A DNA stretch of 64,000 nucleotides, from IMG/VR virus record IMGVR_UViG_3300025759_000058; one strand, given 5' to 3'. This document shows, piece after piece, positions 8,918 through 17,074 of the stretch. The notes under the pieces were generated by a model. That model did not search any database, was not told the origin of the DNA, and was given only the letters and a program-made list of their open reading frames with translations. Source of the DNA: a virus. Both the position numbers and the translations under genes were made by a program. The number at the start of each line of letters is the position of its first letter. Position 1 is the stretch's first letter.

Positions 8918-9193
8918 ATGAGTATAAACAATAGACATTCTGTTGATCAGCAAAAGGTTCGTCGTTATGGACGTCATTACGGTTCAATTGATTTTGAATG
9001 TAATCAATCAATCGACGCAAATTTGTTTCAAAAATCACCGGAGCGTCCGGTCATTGGAACATTTATGATTGATAATAAATCATTTGATCTTACATGGGAC
9101 GAATTGGAACTTATCGAAGAAACGATGAAGACAGCACGTGAGACGACCATGAAGCGTTATCGTTTAGGAATGATGGGGAGATTGAGCAGATAA
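8918..9193 (+). CDS. Hypothetical protein
   Basis: 91-aa ORF within the gene run. Confidence 0.7.
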   Translation: MSINNRHSVDQQKVRRYGRHYGSIDFECNQSIDANLFQKSPERPVIGTFMIDNKSFDLTWDELELIEETMKTARETTMKRYRLGMMGRLSR

Positions 9194-9423
9194 TGGGGTT
9201 TCATCGTCGCAGTATTAACGTTGATCTAATTAGATCAGAATATTTGCGGCTAGGTTATGAAGGAATCGATAGACTTTTTAAGAAAGGAAGATATGATGTA
9301 TTATCATTAAGTGATGCAAAGTCAGTTAAAATTCATGATATCTTCCTTTCTTACTTTGATTCTGAGCTAGATAAATGCAAGCATATTCATAAGATTCTAT
9401 TTGATGAGATTAACGAAATCTAA
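9193..9423 (+). CDS. Hypothetical protein
   Basis: 76 aa; TAATG coupling. Confidence 0.7.
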   Translation: MGFHRRSINVDLIRSEYLRLGYEGIDRLFKKGRYDVLSLSDAKSVKIHDIFLSYFDSELDKCKHIHKILFDEINEI

Positions 9424-9492
9424 TATTTATTTTAAAGAGGGTATTATCCATGACCCAGTCACTCTCTTTACTATTAGATAATCTATAGTATT

Positions 9493-9885
9493 ATGAAGTT
9501 AAGTGACCTACAATTACATGAGGATGAATTTGATGTATTCATCGGACTTCCGCCGTCGTTAAAAATAGCTTTTATTGAAGATATACACCGTAACGGCGAA
9601 GTTGAAATTGAAAAATACTTGCAAGGAATGTATGATCGGCAAGATCTAATGTTTCAATTTCAAGAAGTAGTTGTTGATGATGAATATATGAGCGTGATAC
9701 AATATGGTGATGTGTTACGACTAAATGCATCTAGCCTTAAGCTTCTAAAAACATTCGTTAAAAAGCTTTGGATGGATGGTCTTATTTTATCTCGAATACA
9801 CGAAACAAAAACAATTTGGGATACGAGGAGATATTTACGTGTCTATAAATTGCTATCACAAGTATCACCTATCTGCGAAAATTAA
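9493..9885 (+). CDS. Hypothetical protein
   Basis: 130 aa; ATATTTAT at 9423 and a hairpin-rich leader. Confidence 0.7.
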   Translation: MKLSDLQLHEDEFDVFIGLPPSLKIAFIEDIHRNGEVEIEKYLQGMYDRQDLMFQFQEVVVDDEYMSVIQYGDVLRLNASSLKLLKTFVKKLWMDGLILSRIHETKTIWDTRRYLRVYKLLSQVSPICEN

Positions 9886-9901
9886 AAAAGTTTAAAATAA
9901 C

Positions 9902-9932
9902 TTGGCATTTAACGTTAAAGTTATTATATTTA
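9902..9932 (+). promoter_or_regulatory. Bacteroidota-type sigma-A promoter of hsp20
   Basis: TTG(9902)-N20-TATATTTA(9925-9932). Confidence 0.75.
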
Positions 9933-9942
9933 TATCTGAAAA

Positions 9943-10443
9943 GGGTTGATACTGCGGGTCGGCCATTTTTTAAAAATTATTGTTTAACCATCTAAGGAGG
10001 TAAAAATTATGAGTAGATATCCACTACAATCATTCGATCTCTTGTTTAGAGATATGTTTAATGCAAATTCAGATTTTGCATCAGCTTTTCAAACCAAAGT
10101 TCATCACCCAGTAGATATTCGAGAGACCGATGAAGGTCTTTTAATTGAGATTGCAGTCGTAGGAGCTGAGCGTGATGATATTGAGCTTTTGGCTCAAGGC
10201 GATACTATTAGGGTCGCATATCGCAAAGATAATCGTGAAGAAGACGATTATATCCAACGTGGGATTGCAAAACGCAATTTCGATTTAGGCTGGCGCTTGG
10301 CTAGTAAGTTTGTCGTTGAGCAGACAACAGCAACTCTTGATAAAGGGCTGTTGACTATCCATGTTCCATTTGTTAAAGAAGAAAAACCAGTTAAGGTTAC
10401 GATTAAGTAATTAGTTACGTAGGCCGGCCCGCAAATCAGCCTC
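9943..10443 (+). repeat. Imperfect GC-rich inverted repeat flanking hsp20 (arms 9943-9964 and 10422-10442)
   Basis: gggttgatactgcgggtcggcc pairs with ggccggcccgcaaatcagcct using G-U pairs and one small internal loop. Confidence 0.85.
10009..10410 (+). CDS. hsp20: Small heat-shock protein (Hsp20/alpha-crystallin)
   Basis: PVDIRETDEGLLIEIAVVG...RGIAKRNF...ATLDKGLLTIHVP; TAAGGAGGT at 9993-10001. Confidence 0.95.
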   Translation: MSRYPLQSFDLLFRDMFNANSDFASAFQTKVHHPVDIRETDEGLLIEIAVVGAERDDIELLAQGDTIRVAYRKDNREEDDYIQRGIAKRNFDLGWRLASKFVVEQTTATLDKGLLTIHVPFVKEEKPVKVTIK

Positions 10444-10475
10444 TTATACCTATTTTAAGAACGATTAACAACGCT

Positions 10476-10670
10476 TTGAAGCAATACCAGTATATAGATT
10501 ACCAGAACCAACTCTTTATTGTGGAACGTGTTATACGTAGAAGCCATTTTAAAAAAGAATTGGATAGTGTATTGTTAAAGAAATGGACACATTGTGATAC
10601 GATATTACAAAAAGATGACCATTTCTATTTTTGCAATTTAGTGCCTGATGCGGAAATAATTTCCGAATAA
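10476..10670 (+). CDS. Small hypothetical protein (TTG start)
   Basis: 64 aa; fills the gap to the next promoter. Confidence 0.6.
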   Translation: MKQYQYIDYQNQLFIVERVIRRSHFKKELDSVLLKKWTHCDTILQKDDHFYFCNLVPDAEIISE

Positions 10671-10671
10671 A

Positions 10672-10703
10672 TTTGGATTCGTACTTTTTTTCTCTTATCT
10701 TTA
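10672..10703 (+). promoter_or_regulatory. Bacteroidota-type sigma-A promoter
   Basis: TTTG(10672)-N20-TATCTTTA(10696-10703). Confidence 0.75.
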
Positions 10704-10722
10704 GATATAAGAAATTAAGAAG

Positions 10723-10829
10723 AAGTAAGAGCGAGTGAGTACGCTGTTAGGTTGGCATCAAGAAAAAGGGTTTGTAGTAAGGCCAGCATACCAGAAACCC
10801 CGAAACACCCATAAGCTCGCTCTTACTTT
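10723..10829 (+). ncRNA. Candidate structured RNA or 5' leader, about 105 nt
   Basis: Closing stem aagtaagagcgagt / gctcgctcttactt; inner gggttt / aaaccc stem; lies just downstream of a promoter. Confidence 0.55.
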
Positions 10830-10838
10830 AAATAATAA

Positions 10839-11309
10839 ATGACGATGAAAAATAAAGTTGTAATCTTCGATCTCGATGGCACATTGGCATTGATCGACGA
10901 TCGTCGCAAATTAGCGACAAAGCCAGATGGCAAAATGGATTGGGATAAATTTTTCGATCCTACAAATATTGATTTAGATTTGCCTAACGATCCAGTAATT
11001 CAAATGGCACAATCGCTTAAAGATTCTGGTAAAACTATTGTCATCTTTTCCGGAAGGAGTAAGGCGACCAAGGATGCTACTCGAAATTGGCTGAATCGCC
11101 ACAATGTACCATTTGATATTCTTAAGATGCGTCCGACCGGGCACCCATGGGCATTTATGCCAGATGATAAACTTAAGCAAGGATGGCTTGATGATTTGTT
11201 TACCGATAAGTCAGATATTCTTTGTGTATTTGATGACCGACAAAAGGTAGTAGATATGTGGCGAGCAAATGACATTACTTGTATGCAAGTTGCACCAGGA
11301 CAATTTTGA
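10839..11309 (+). CDS. HAD-family polynucleotide 3'-phosphatase (stand-alone PseT/Pnkp phosphatase domain)
   Basis: DLDGTL motif I, FSGR, MRP, FDDR motif IV; no P-loop kinase domain. Confidence 0.85.
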   Translation: MTMKNKVVIFDLDGTLALIDDRRKLATKPDGKMDWDKFFDPTNIDLDLPNDPVIQMAQSLKDSGKTIVIFSGRSKATKDATRNWLNRHNVPFDILKMRPTGHPWAFMPDDKLKQGWLDDLFTDKSDILCVFDDRQKVVDMWRANDITCMQVAPGQF

Positions 11310-11335
11310 TTTTTGAGAAATAGTTATTATCTTTA
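11305..11335 (+). promoter_or_regulatory. Bacteroidota-type sigma-A promoter, probably leaderless
   Basis: TTTG(11305)-N19-TATCTTTA(11328-11335); ATG at 11339. Confidence 0.65.
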
Positions 11336-11338
11336 TAT

Positions 11339-12391
11339 ATGAGTGATTTAGTACAAGTCGGTTATGCATGTGTTAACATGACATTAACAAGCCGGCCCAA
11401 AAAGTTAGGCGGCCGTGTTACAACGTCTCGCGGTTGTCGCAAAGCGACATGGTATCCTACGCGTGATTTGCATAAGTTAGGTGAGCTAGCATTAGCCAAT
11501 GCCAACGACTTGCTTATGTATCTCCGATGGAACGAAGAAAACAATATTCGCTTGTTTCGGCTAGGTTCTGAGCTTGTTCCATGGCACGACCAATTCGAGC
11601 TACATGAGCTACCGCAGTATGACGAGTTAGCAGATACGTTACGTATTGCCGGCAACTATGCCAAGCAGCATGGCCATCGTATTACGACACATCCCGGTCC
11701 GTTCCACGTATTAGGTTCGCCTACTCAAGCGGTCGCGGACAAGACTATCATCGGCCTCGAGCGCCATTCTGAGATATTCGATCTTATGGGGTTTGACCCG
11801 TCACCGCATAACAAGATCAATATTCATATCGGCGGCGCTTATGGTGACCATGAGACTACGGCCAAGCGATGGATTGCCAATTGGCAACGCCTATCCGATG
11901 CATGCAAGGCCCGACTTGTTATCGAGAATGACGACAAACCCAGTATGTACAGCGTTGTGCAGTTGTACGAGTTATTCCATCGAGAGATTGGTATTCCAAT
12001 TACGTTTGACTATTTTCACCATACATTCCATACTGGTGGTTTATCCGAACGCGAAGCGTTAGAGTTAGCCGGCTCGACTTGGCCGGACGATGTCGTGCAG
12101 TGTACTCACTATTCCGAATCACGACGTGATGAGCAGACATTAGCTTTGCAACGTGTATGTGAGTCCCATGGCATTAGCATTGACGATATGCCCAATTGGC
12201 CGACATTTGCCAAGATGCATGAGCAGTTTCAGAAGATCAAGGCTCAAGCGCATTCCGATTACATTACCAAGCCTATCGACAGCTACGGCAATCGCATCGA
12301 CGTCGTTGTCGAAGCCAAAGCCAAAGAGTTAGCCGTTTTACGGTATAAGAATGATGTAATTAAAGAAAATTCTAGATTGTTAGTTTCTTAA
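11339..12391 (+). CDS. uvsE: UV damage endonuclease (UvsE/UVDE)
   Basis: GYACVN, LFRLGS, THPGPF, INIHIGG, IENDD, FDYFHH, HYSES, AHSDYI, VEAKAKE. Confidence 0.95.
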   Translation: MSDLVQVGYACVNMTLTSRPKKLGGRVTTSRGCRKATWYPTRDLHKLGELALANANDLLMYLRWNEENNIRLFRLGSELVPWHDQFELHELPQYDELADTLRIAGNYAKQHGHRITTHPGPFHVLGSPTQAVADKTIIGLERHSEIFDLMGFDPSPHNKINIHIGGAYGDHETTAKRWIANWQRLSDACKARLVIENDDKPSMYSVVQLYELFHREIGIPITFDYFHHTFHTGGLSEREALELAGSTWPDDVVQCTHYSESRRDEQTLALQRVCESHGISIDDMPNWPTFAKMHEQFQKIKAQAHSDYITKPIDSYGNRIDVVVEAKAKELAVLRYKNDVIKENSRLLVS

Positions 12392-12414
12392 TATTTATAC
12401 AAAAGGTTTTACTT

Positions 12415-12588
12415 ATGAAAGATAGAGAAAATGTATTACGACTTTTAGATGAAGTCGACAATATGGTTATGATTTTTGACTCAGCAGTCGAACGGAAATT
12501 ACCAATTGATCCGGCGGAGGCTCGTAACCGATTTCGGCAAATGCGTCATAAATTACAAATTATAACAGATAGAGTCACCGCTTCATAA
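12415..12588 (+). CDS. Small hypothetical protein, 57 aa (not in ORF track)
   Basis: MKDRENVLRLLDEVDNMVMIFDSAVERKLPIDPAEARNRFRQMRHKLQIITDRVTAS*; follows ATATTTAT at 12391. Confidence 0.75.
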   Translation: MKDRENVLRLLDEVDNMVMIFDSAVERKLPIDPAEARNRFRQMRHKLQIITDRVTAS

Positions 12589-12593
12589 AATGA

Positions 12594-13691
12594 ATGAAAA
12601 ACAGAATATTACCGTTTATAATTGCACTTAGCGCACTTTCGGTGTCTGCATCGGCAGCATTTTATTCTGTTACAGGACTTAGTAAGTTATTCGCCGGCGC
12701 TAGTTTAGAAGTGTTAATAATGGCTAGTTCTTTGGAAATTTCCAAATTAGTCATTGCATCATTGCTATACCAGTACTGGAATCGTATAAATAAATTATTA
12801 CGTGCGTATTTAGCTGCTGCATGTATCATTTTAATTCTTATTACTTCAATTGGAATATACGGATTCCTATCTGCAGCATATCAAGAAACAGCTGCGTTAG
12901 CTGGAAACCTAGATGCTCAAATTGAGTTAATAGAAACTAAACGCGATAATGTTAAAGGCCAGTTAGCTGTATATACGGAAGAGAAAACGAGTGTGACTAC
13001 AGCTATATCAGAATTGCGACAGGGGCTATCAAATAACGTTATACAGTATAAAGATGATGAAGGAAATATTATTACTACAACATCATCATCGACTAGACGA
13101 GCATTAGAAAATCAATTAGATCAAGCAATAGAACGTCAAACGGTTATCAACTCTAAGATTGATATTTTAAATACTCAGCTATTTGATTATGAAACGGAGA
13201 TAGTCGAGACACGTAATGGCAATGACATCGCTAATGAGTTAGGACCATTAAAATACTTATCAGGCCTGACGGGTGCACCAATGGATAAGATTATTAACAT
13301 ACTTTTATTAATAATAATTTTTGTTTTTGATCCTTTGGCTATATCTTTAGTAGTGGCTGCAAACTTTGCATTTGATCAGAATAAAGGACATATAGTAATG
13401 AAAGATACAGAATCAAATAACAAAGAACTAGACCATTTACAAGATACTGCGGATGTTATATCTGGCGGGTTAACGTATGATAAAGATAAATCGTTTGCTA
13501 AATTTATCAAACAGCAAGAAGCTAGAGAAGAAGAATGGGACGAGGAACATGCTCATGACATGGCCCTGAATAATGCAATTGGAAGTCTTAGTGATGACGA
13601 TAGAGAATGGTTAGAAAATCAAATTGCAAAAGAAACGGAATTAAAAAAAAATAAAAAGCCATCAAATCCAAGAAATTCATATTGGACATAA
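12594..13691 (+). CDS. Membrane protein with coiled coil
   Basis: Three N-terminal TM segments, long heptad region, further TM at IFVFDPLA. Confidence 0.8.
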   Translation: MKNRILPFIIALSALSVSASAAFYSVTGLSKLFAGASLEVLIMASSLEISKLVIASLLYQYWNRINKLLRAYLAAACIILILITSIGIYGFLSAAYQETAALAGNLDAQIELIETKRDNVKGQLAVYTEEKTSVTTAISELRQGLSNNVIQYKDDEGNIITTTSSSTRRALENQLDQAIERQTVINSKIDILNTQLFDYETEIVETRNGNDIANELGPLKYLSGLTGAPMDKIINILLLIIIFVFDPLAISLVVAANFAFDQNKGHIVMKDTESNNKELDHLQDTADVISGGLTYDKDKSFAKFIKQQEAREEEWDEEHAHDMALNNAIGSLSDDDREWLENQIAKETELKKNKKPSNPRNSYWT

Positions 13692-13703
13692 ACTAATGTA
13701 GTT

Positions 13704-14225
13704 ATGAAAAAAATTAAATATAGTTTTAAAACACGTACGCAGAATGGAAAACGGCTTATGATTTGCCGTAATAGCATCGAAGATAAGAATCATTGGTCAT
13801 GGGAACAGTTTAAAAATAAACCTAGGTGTACCAATTGGTCTGAAGTAGGTAGTGATGCGGTTGCAGTTCTTTGTAGTAGCTGTACACAAAAAACAGTTGA
13901 ACCACCAAAACAACCGCGTGGGTATGTTTCTAAAGGTCGCCCGCGCGGATGGCAATTTATGAAAGAGTTTGTCGATCCTCAAGGCAACGTTTTTCATAAA
14001 GGTGTAGAACAACCACAGCTTAAAGGTACATTAGAACCTACAAAAATTGAGCCAGCTGAGAAAACAAAGCTTTCAAAACGAGAAAAGGAAGAGCTTAAAG
14101 ATCAAATTTTACAACAGATTGCATTTACGCGTGGTGAAATAAAAAAGGCTAAATGGAAAAAGGACGTTAAGGCTGGCCATGTAGAGATGCGACGGCTTCA
14201 ACGAAAGTTGAAAAAACTTAACTAA
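13704..14225 (+). CDS. Basic hypothetical protein, possible Cys metal site
   Basis: C...C...CSSC and RPRGWQFM motif. Confidence 0.7.
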   Translation: MKKIKYSFKTRTQNGKRLMICRNSIEDKNHWSWEQFKNKPRCTNWSEVGSDAVAVLCSSCTQKTVEPPKQPRGYVSKGRPRGWQFMKEFVDPQGNVFHKGVEQPQLKGTLEPTKIEPAEKTKLSKREKEELKDQILQQIAFTRGEIKKAKWKKDVKAGHVEMRRLQRKLKKLN

Positions 14226-14228
14226 TAC

Positions 14229-14260
14229 TTTGTCTTATTAAGAAGAAGTTTATATATTTA
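14229..14260 (+). promoter_or_regulatory. Bacteroidota-type sigma-A promoter, probably leaderless
   Basis: TTTG(14229)-N20-TATATTTA(14253-14260); ATG at 14265. Confidence 0.75.
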
Positions 14261-14264
14261 GGTT

Positions 14265-14861
14265 ATGAGTATATACGGAGATAATATATCGCAGCGCGAT
14301 AATTCTAGTCAATCGATAGAGACTGTATCATTGAATGATCGTCTACAGTATTTGATCGACTTCGATGATAATGTCATTTTTATTAATGGTGAAATTGATA
14401 GCAATACATTATCTCAATTTATACTTAAAGTCCGTGCATTGGTAAAAGAAAATAATACAGAATCAATCAATGTAATTATCAATTCACCTGGCGGAGATTT
14501 ATTCGAAGCATTTGGTATTATTGATTTTATGGAATCGGCGAGTATAAAATTTAACACAATATGTCGCGGTGTTGCATGGTCAGCAGCTGCATTAATTCTT
14601 TTATCGGGTACTGGTGTACGTGTCGCTAGTAAACGATCATCTATTATGCTGCATGAACCGTTATCTAGTAACGATTATACGAATATTTCTAACATTGCAG
14701 TACAAGCTGCATTTCATGAAAAATCGTTAAATAACATGTATGAGTTACTAGCTGCTAGAAGTAATAAAGATAAAGAGTGGTGGATGACAAAGCTACGTAC
14801 AGATATGTGGTTATCTCCCATGGAAGCCGTTGAATTAGATATTATTAATCAAGTTAATTAA
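14265..14861 (+). CDS. clpP: Clp protease proteolytic subunit-like protein
   Basis: INSPGGD, AWSAA (Ser), IMLHEP (His), DMWLSP (Asp). Confidence 0.9.
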   Translation: MSIYGDNISQRDNSSQSIETVSLNDRLQYLIDFDDNVIFINGEIDSNTLSQFILKVRALVKENNTESINVIINSPGGDLFEAFGIIDFMESASIKFNTICRGVAWSAAALILLSGTGVRVASKRSSIMLHEPLSSNDYTNISNIAVQAAFHEKSLNNMYELLAARSNKDKEWWMTKLRTDMWLSPMEAVELDIINQVN

Positions 14862-14862
14862 C

Positions 14863-15600
14863 ATGAGTTTAACATTAGATCAAATTGCAGAAAATTGGAA
14901 AACGTATCGAGAACGAGTCGAATCATGGTTTCCAGAGCGCGCGACCGCGCTAAATAAAATGTATGACTTCTTTGAAGATCGTATGATGACAATGCCAGCT
15001 TCGAGCGTAGATCATTACCATAATGCATTCGAAGGCGGTTATGTAGATCATGTATTACGTGTAATGGATTGTGCAGATAAGTTGTATACTTCATGGGGAG
15101 AGATGGGTGCTAGTTTAGATGGCTTCACAAAAGAAGAACTTATGTTTGCAGCAATGCATCATGATTTAGGTAAAGCTGGATTTCCTAATGACGGTGGCGA
15201 AGTATACATTTTTAACGACTCGGAATGGCATCGTAAAAACCAAGGTAAGATGTACAAGTATAATCCTAACAACCCATTTTCAATGGTACCTGATTTAGGA
15301 CTATGGGTACTTCAAAACTTTAAAGTACCAGTGACATGGAATGAGTATCAAGCAATTCGTATTCATGATGGCTTGTATGATGATGCTAATAAGCCTTATT
15401 ATATTTCTAGAAGTGCTGATAGCAAGTTACGCACCAATTTGCCTGTCATCTTACATCATGCTGATATGATGGCTGCTCGAATTGAATACGAGCAGTGGCG
15501 TGATAATGCTCCGGCCAAATCTACTACTAAGAAGAAGGCTAGTGGACCAAAGCCTTCGATAAACGCAAACAAATTGTTTGAAGATTTATTTGGAGAATAA
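14863..15600 (+). CDS. HD-domain phosphohydrolase
   Basis: PASS..YHNAFEGGYVDH, MHHDLGK, IHDG, LHHAD. Confidence 0.85.
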   Translation: MSLTLDQIAENWKTYRERVESWFPERATALNKMYDFFEDRMMTMPASSVDHYHNAFEGGYVDHVLRVMDCADKLYTSWGEMGASLDGFTKEELMFAAMHHDLGKAGFPNDGGEVYIFNDSEWHRKNQGKMYKYNPNNPFSMVPDLGLWVLQNFKVPVTWNEYQAIRIHDGLYDDANKPYYISRSADSKLRTNLPVILHHADMMAARIEYEQWRDNAPAKSTTKKKASGPKPSINANKLFEDLFGE

Positions 15601-15601
15601 C

Positions 15602-15886
15602 ATGGAATATGCAGTTATAACTATAGCTATTGTATTAGTAGCCTCTATAATTGGTAACGTAGTTGCAATACGTAGACAAGAAAAATTGGAAGACTATATA
15701 CGCGAATTGGAAGAGTCTAATACAGAGTTTTACAATTTCTTTAAGGAACTAAAAACTAAAATGTCTGAATCTAATTCTAGAATTAGAGCTATCGACCACC
15801 GCGGTTCCTTTGAAGCCGATGACGAAATTGGTTTTGTTTTTAAAGAAATTCGAGATATAGTTGAGTTACTCAATAGGAGTTTTTAA
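15602..15886 (+). CDS. Single-pass membrane coiled-coil protein
   Basis: N-terminal TM helix then heptads; GSFEADDEIG. Confidence 0.7.
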   Translation: MEYAVITIAIVLVASIIGNVVAIRRQEKLEDYIRELEESNTEFYNFFKELKTKMSESNSRIRAIDHRGSFEADDEIGFVFKEIRDIVELLNRSF

Positions 15887-16641
15887 TGATATCGGCAGAG
15901 GCGTTTTATAAATGGCTAGAACAATACGAACCAGTAGATCCTAATTCTAAGCGAGGGCGAAAACCGTCAAAGAAGCAGTACTTTACAGTTGTTACGGAGA
16001 ATGCAATTATTGCATATAATAATGAAGATGATCAAAATGCTCGAAACAAATTATATAGAGAACATATTCATTATCCTTTTGATAAATTAGTAGAAAATAT
16101 ATATCATACATTTAAATTTAGTTATTTTGATATTCCATATGAAGATGTTAAATGCGAGGTAGTTGCATTTCTTAATGAGAAGATACACAAATATAAAGCA
16201 GGTAAGGGAAAAGCCTTTTCTTACTTTTCTATTATTGCTAAAAACTATCTTATAATTCAAAACAACCAAAACTATGCCAAGCTTAAGGCGCGCGCGGAAG
16301 TTGATGAGATTGACAACTCGCGAGATTTAGACATCGAACGTTCATTAAACGATCAACAATCTCAGTTACGTGATTTTACCAATCTTTGGTGCGATTGGTA
16401 TGATGTAAATCTTACATCTATATTTACAAATAGTAGAGATATTGCAGTAGCCGATGCGATACTTGAGTTATTTCGCATGCGCGAAAATATTGAAGATTTT
16501 AATAAAAAGGCATTATACATTCTTATAAGAGAACGGACCGGGCTTAAAACTCAAAACATTACTAAAGTAATAAATGTAATGCGTAAAGATTTCATGAAAA
16601 TGTTTTCTGTTTATCGCAAGACCGGCCAAATTCTAGCCTGA
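15886..16641 (+). CDS. Phage sigma factor, T4 gp55-like (late transcription)
   Basis: sigma region 2-like EDVKCEVVAFLNEKIHKY...KAFSYFSIIAKNYLI, compare gp55-family FAYFTQI; HTH-like C-terminus. Confidence 0.7.
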   Translation: MISAEAFYKWLEQYEPVDPNSKRGRKPSKKQYFTVVTENAIIAYNNEDDQNARNKLYREHIHYPFDKLVENIYHTFKFSYFDIPYEDVKCEVVAFLNEKIHKYKAGKGKAFSYFSIIAKNYLIIQNNQNYAKLKARAEVDEIDNSRDLDIERSLNDQQSQLRDFTNLWCDWYDVNLTSIFTNSRDIAVADAILELFRMRENIEDFNKKALYILIRERTGLKTQNITKVINVMRKDFMKMFSVYRKTGQILA

Positions 16642-16675
16642 AATAGATATATACATATTTATTTTAAAGGGCAGT

Positions 16676-17074
16676 ATGGATCCTAATGATTTTGAACTTT
16701 TCAAGGGTACGACGTTTTCGGACCTAATGAAAGATGTCTATCATAACTCTAAAAAGAAATCTAGACAAATAGATGGACTAATTCAAGAATTGCAGCCTCT
16801 AGTTAAAAACATAAGCGATGCTACTCTATTAGTTCCTATGATAAAAGACTATATCGAAGTATCCGTTAAAAACGATGATGCATTAGTTAAGTTAGCTGGC
16901 ATTGTACAGCGGTTAATGTCTGCCGGAACAAAAGAAGAAGGTGGAGAATTCGGATTGTCAGATGAAGAACGTTCTAGATTATTACAAGAAGCAGAAGACG
17001 AAGTTAAGTCATTAAAAACTGAACAGAGTGATATAAACAAGGATATTGATGACGTACGCTCAAGTGATAGATGA
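16676..17074 (+). CDS. Helical hypothetical protein (small terminase is possible but unverified)
   Basis: 132 aa, all-helical pattern; ATATTTAT at 16655. Confidence 0.6.
   Translation: MDPNDFELFKGTTFSDLMKDVYHNSKKKSRQIDGLIQELQPLVKNISDATLLVPMIKDYIEVSVKNDDALVKLAGIVQRLMSAGTKEEGGEFGLSDEERSRLLQEAEDEVKSLKTEQSDINKDIDDVRSSDR

Noticed and set aside
9943-10443. MITE or transposon carrying hsp20
   Set aside because: No transposase or evident target duplication; mismatches are G-U compatible, favouring RNA pairing
10723-10829. Hammerhead ribozyme, retron msr-msd or tRNA
   Set aside because: CGAAAC is present but no CUGAnGA core; no reverse transcriptase nearby; no T-loop or cloverleaf. Kept only as an unclassified RNA
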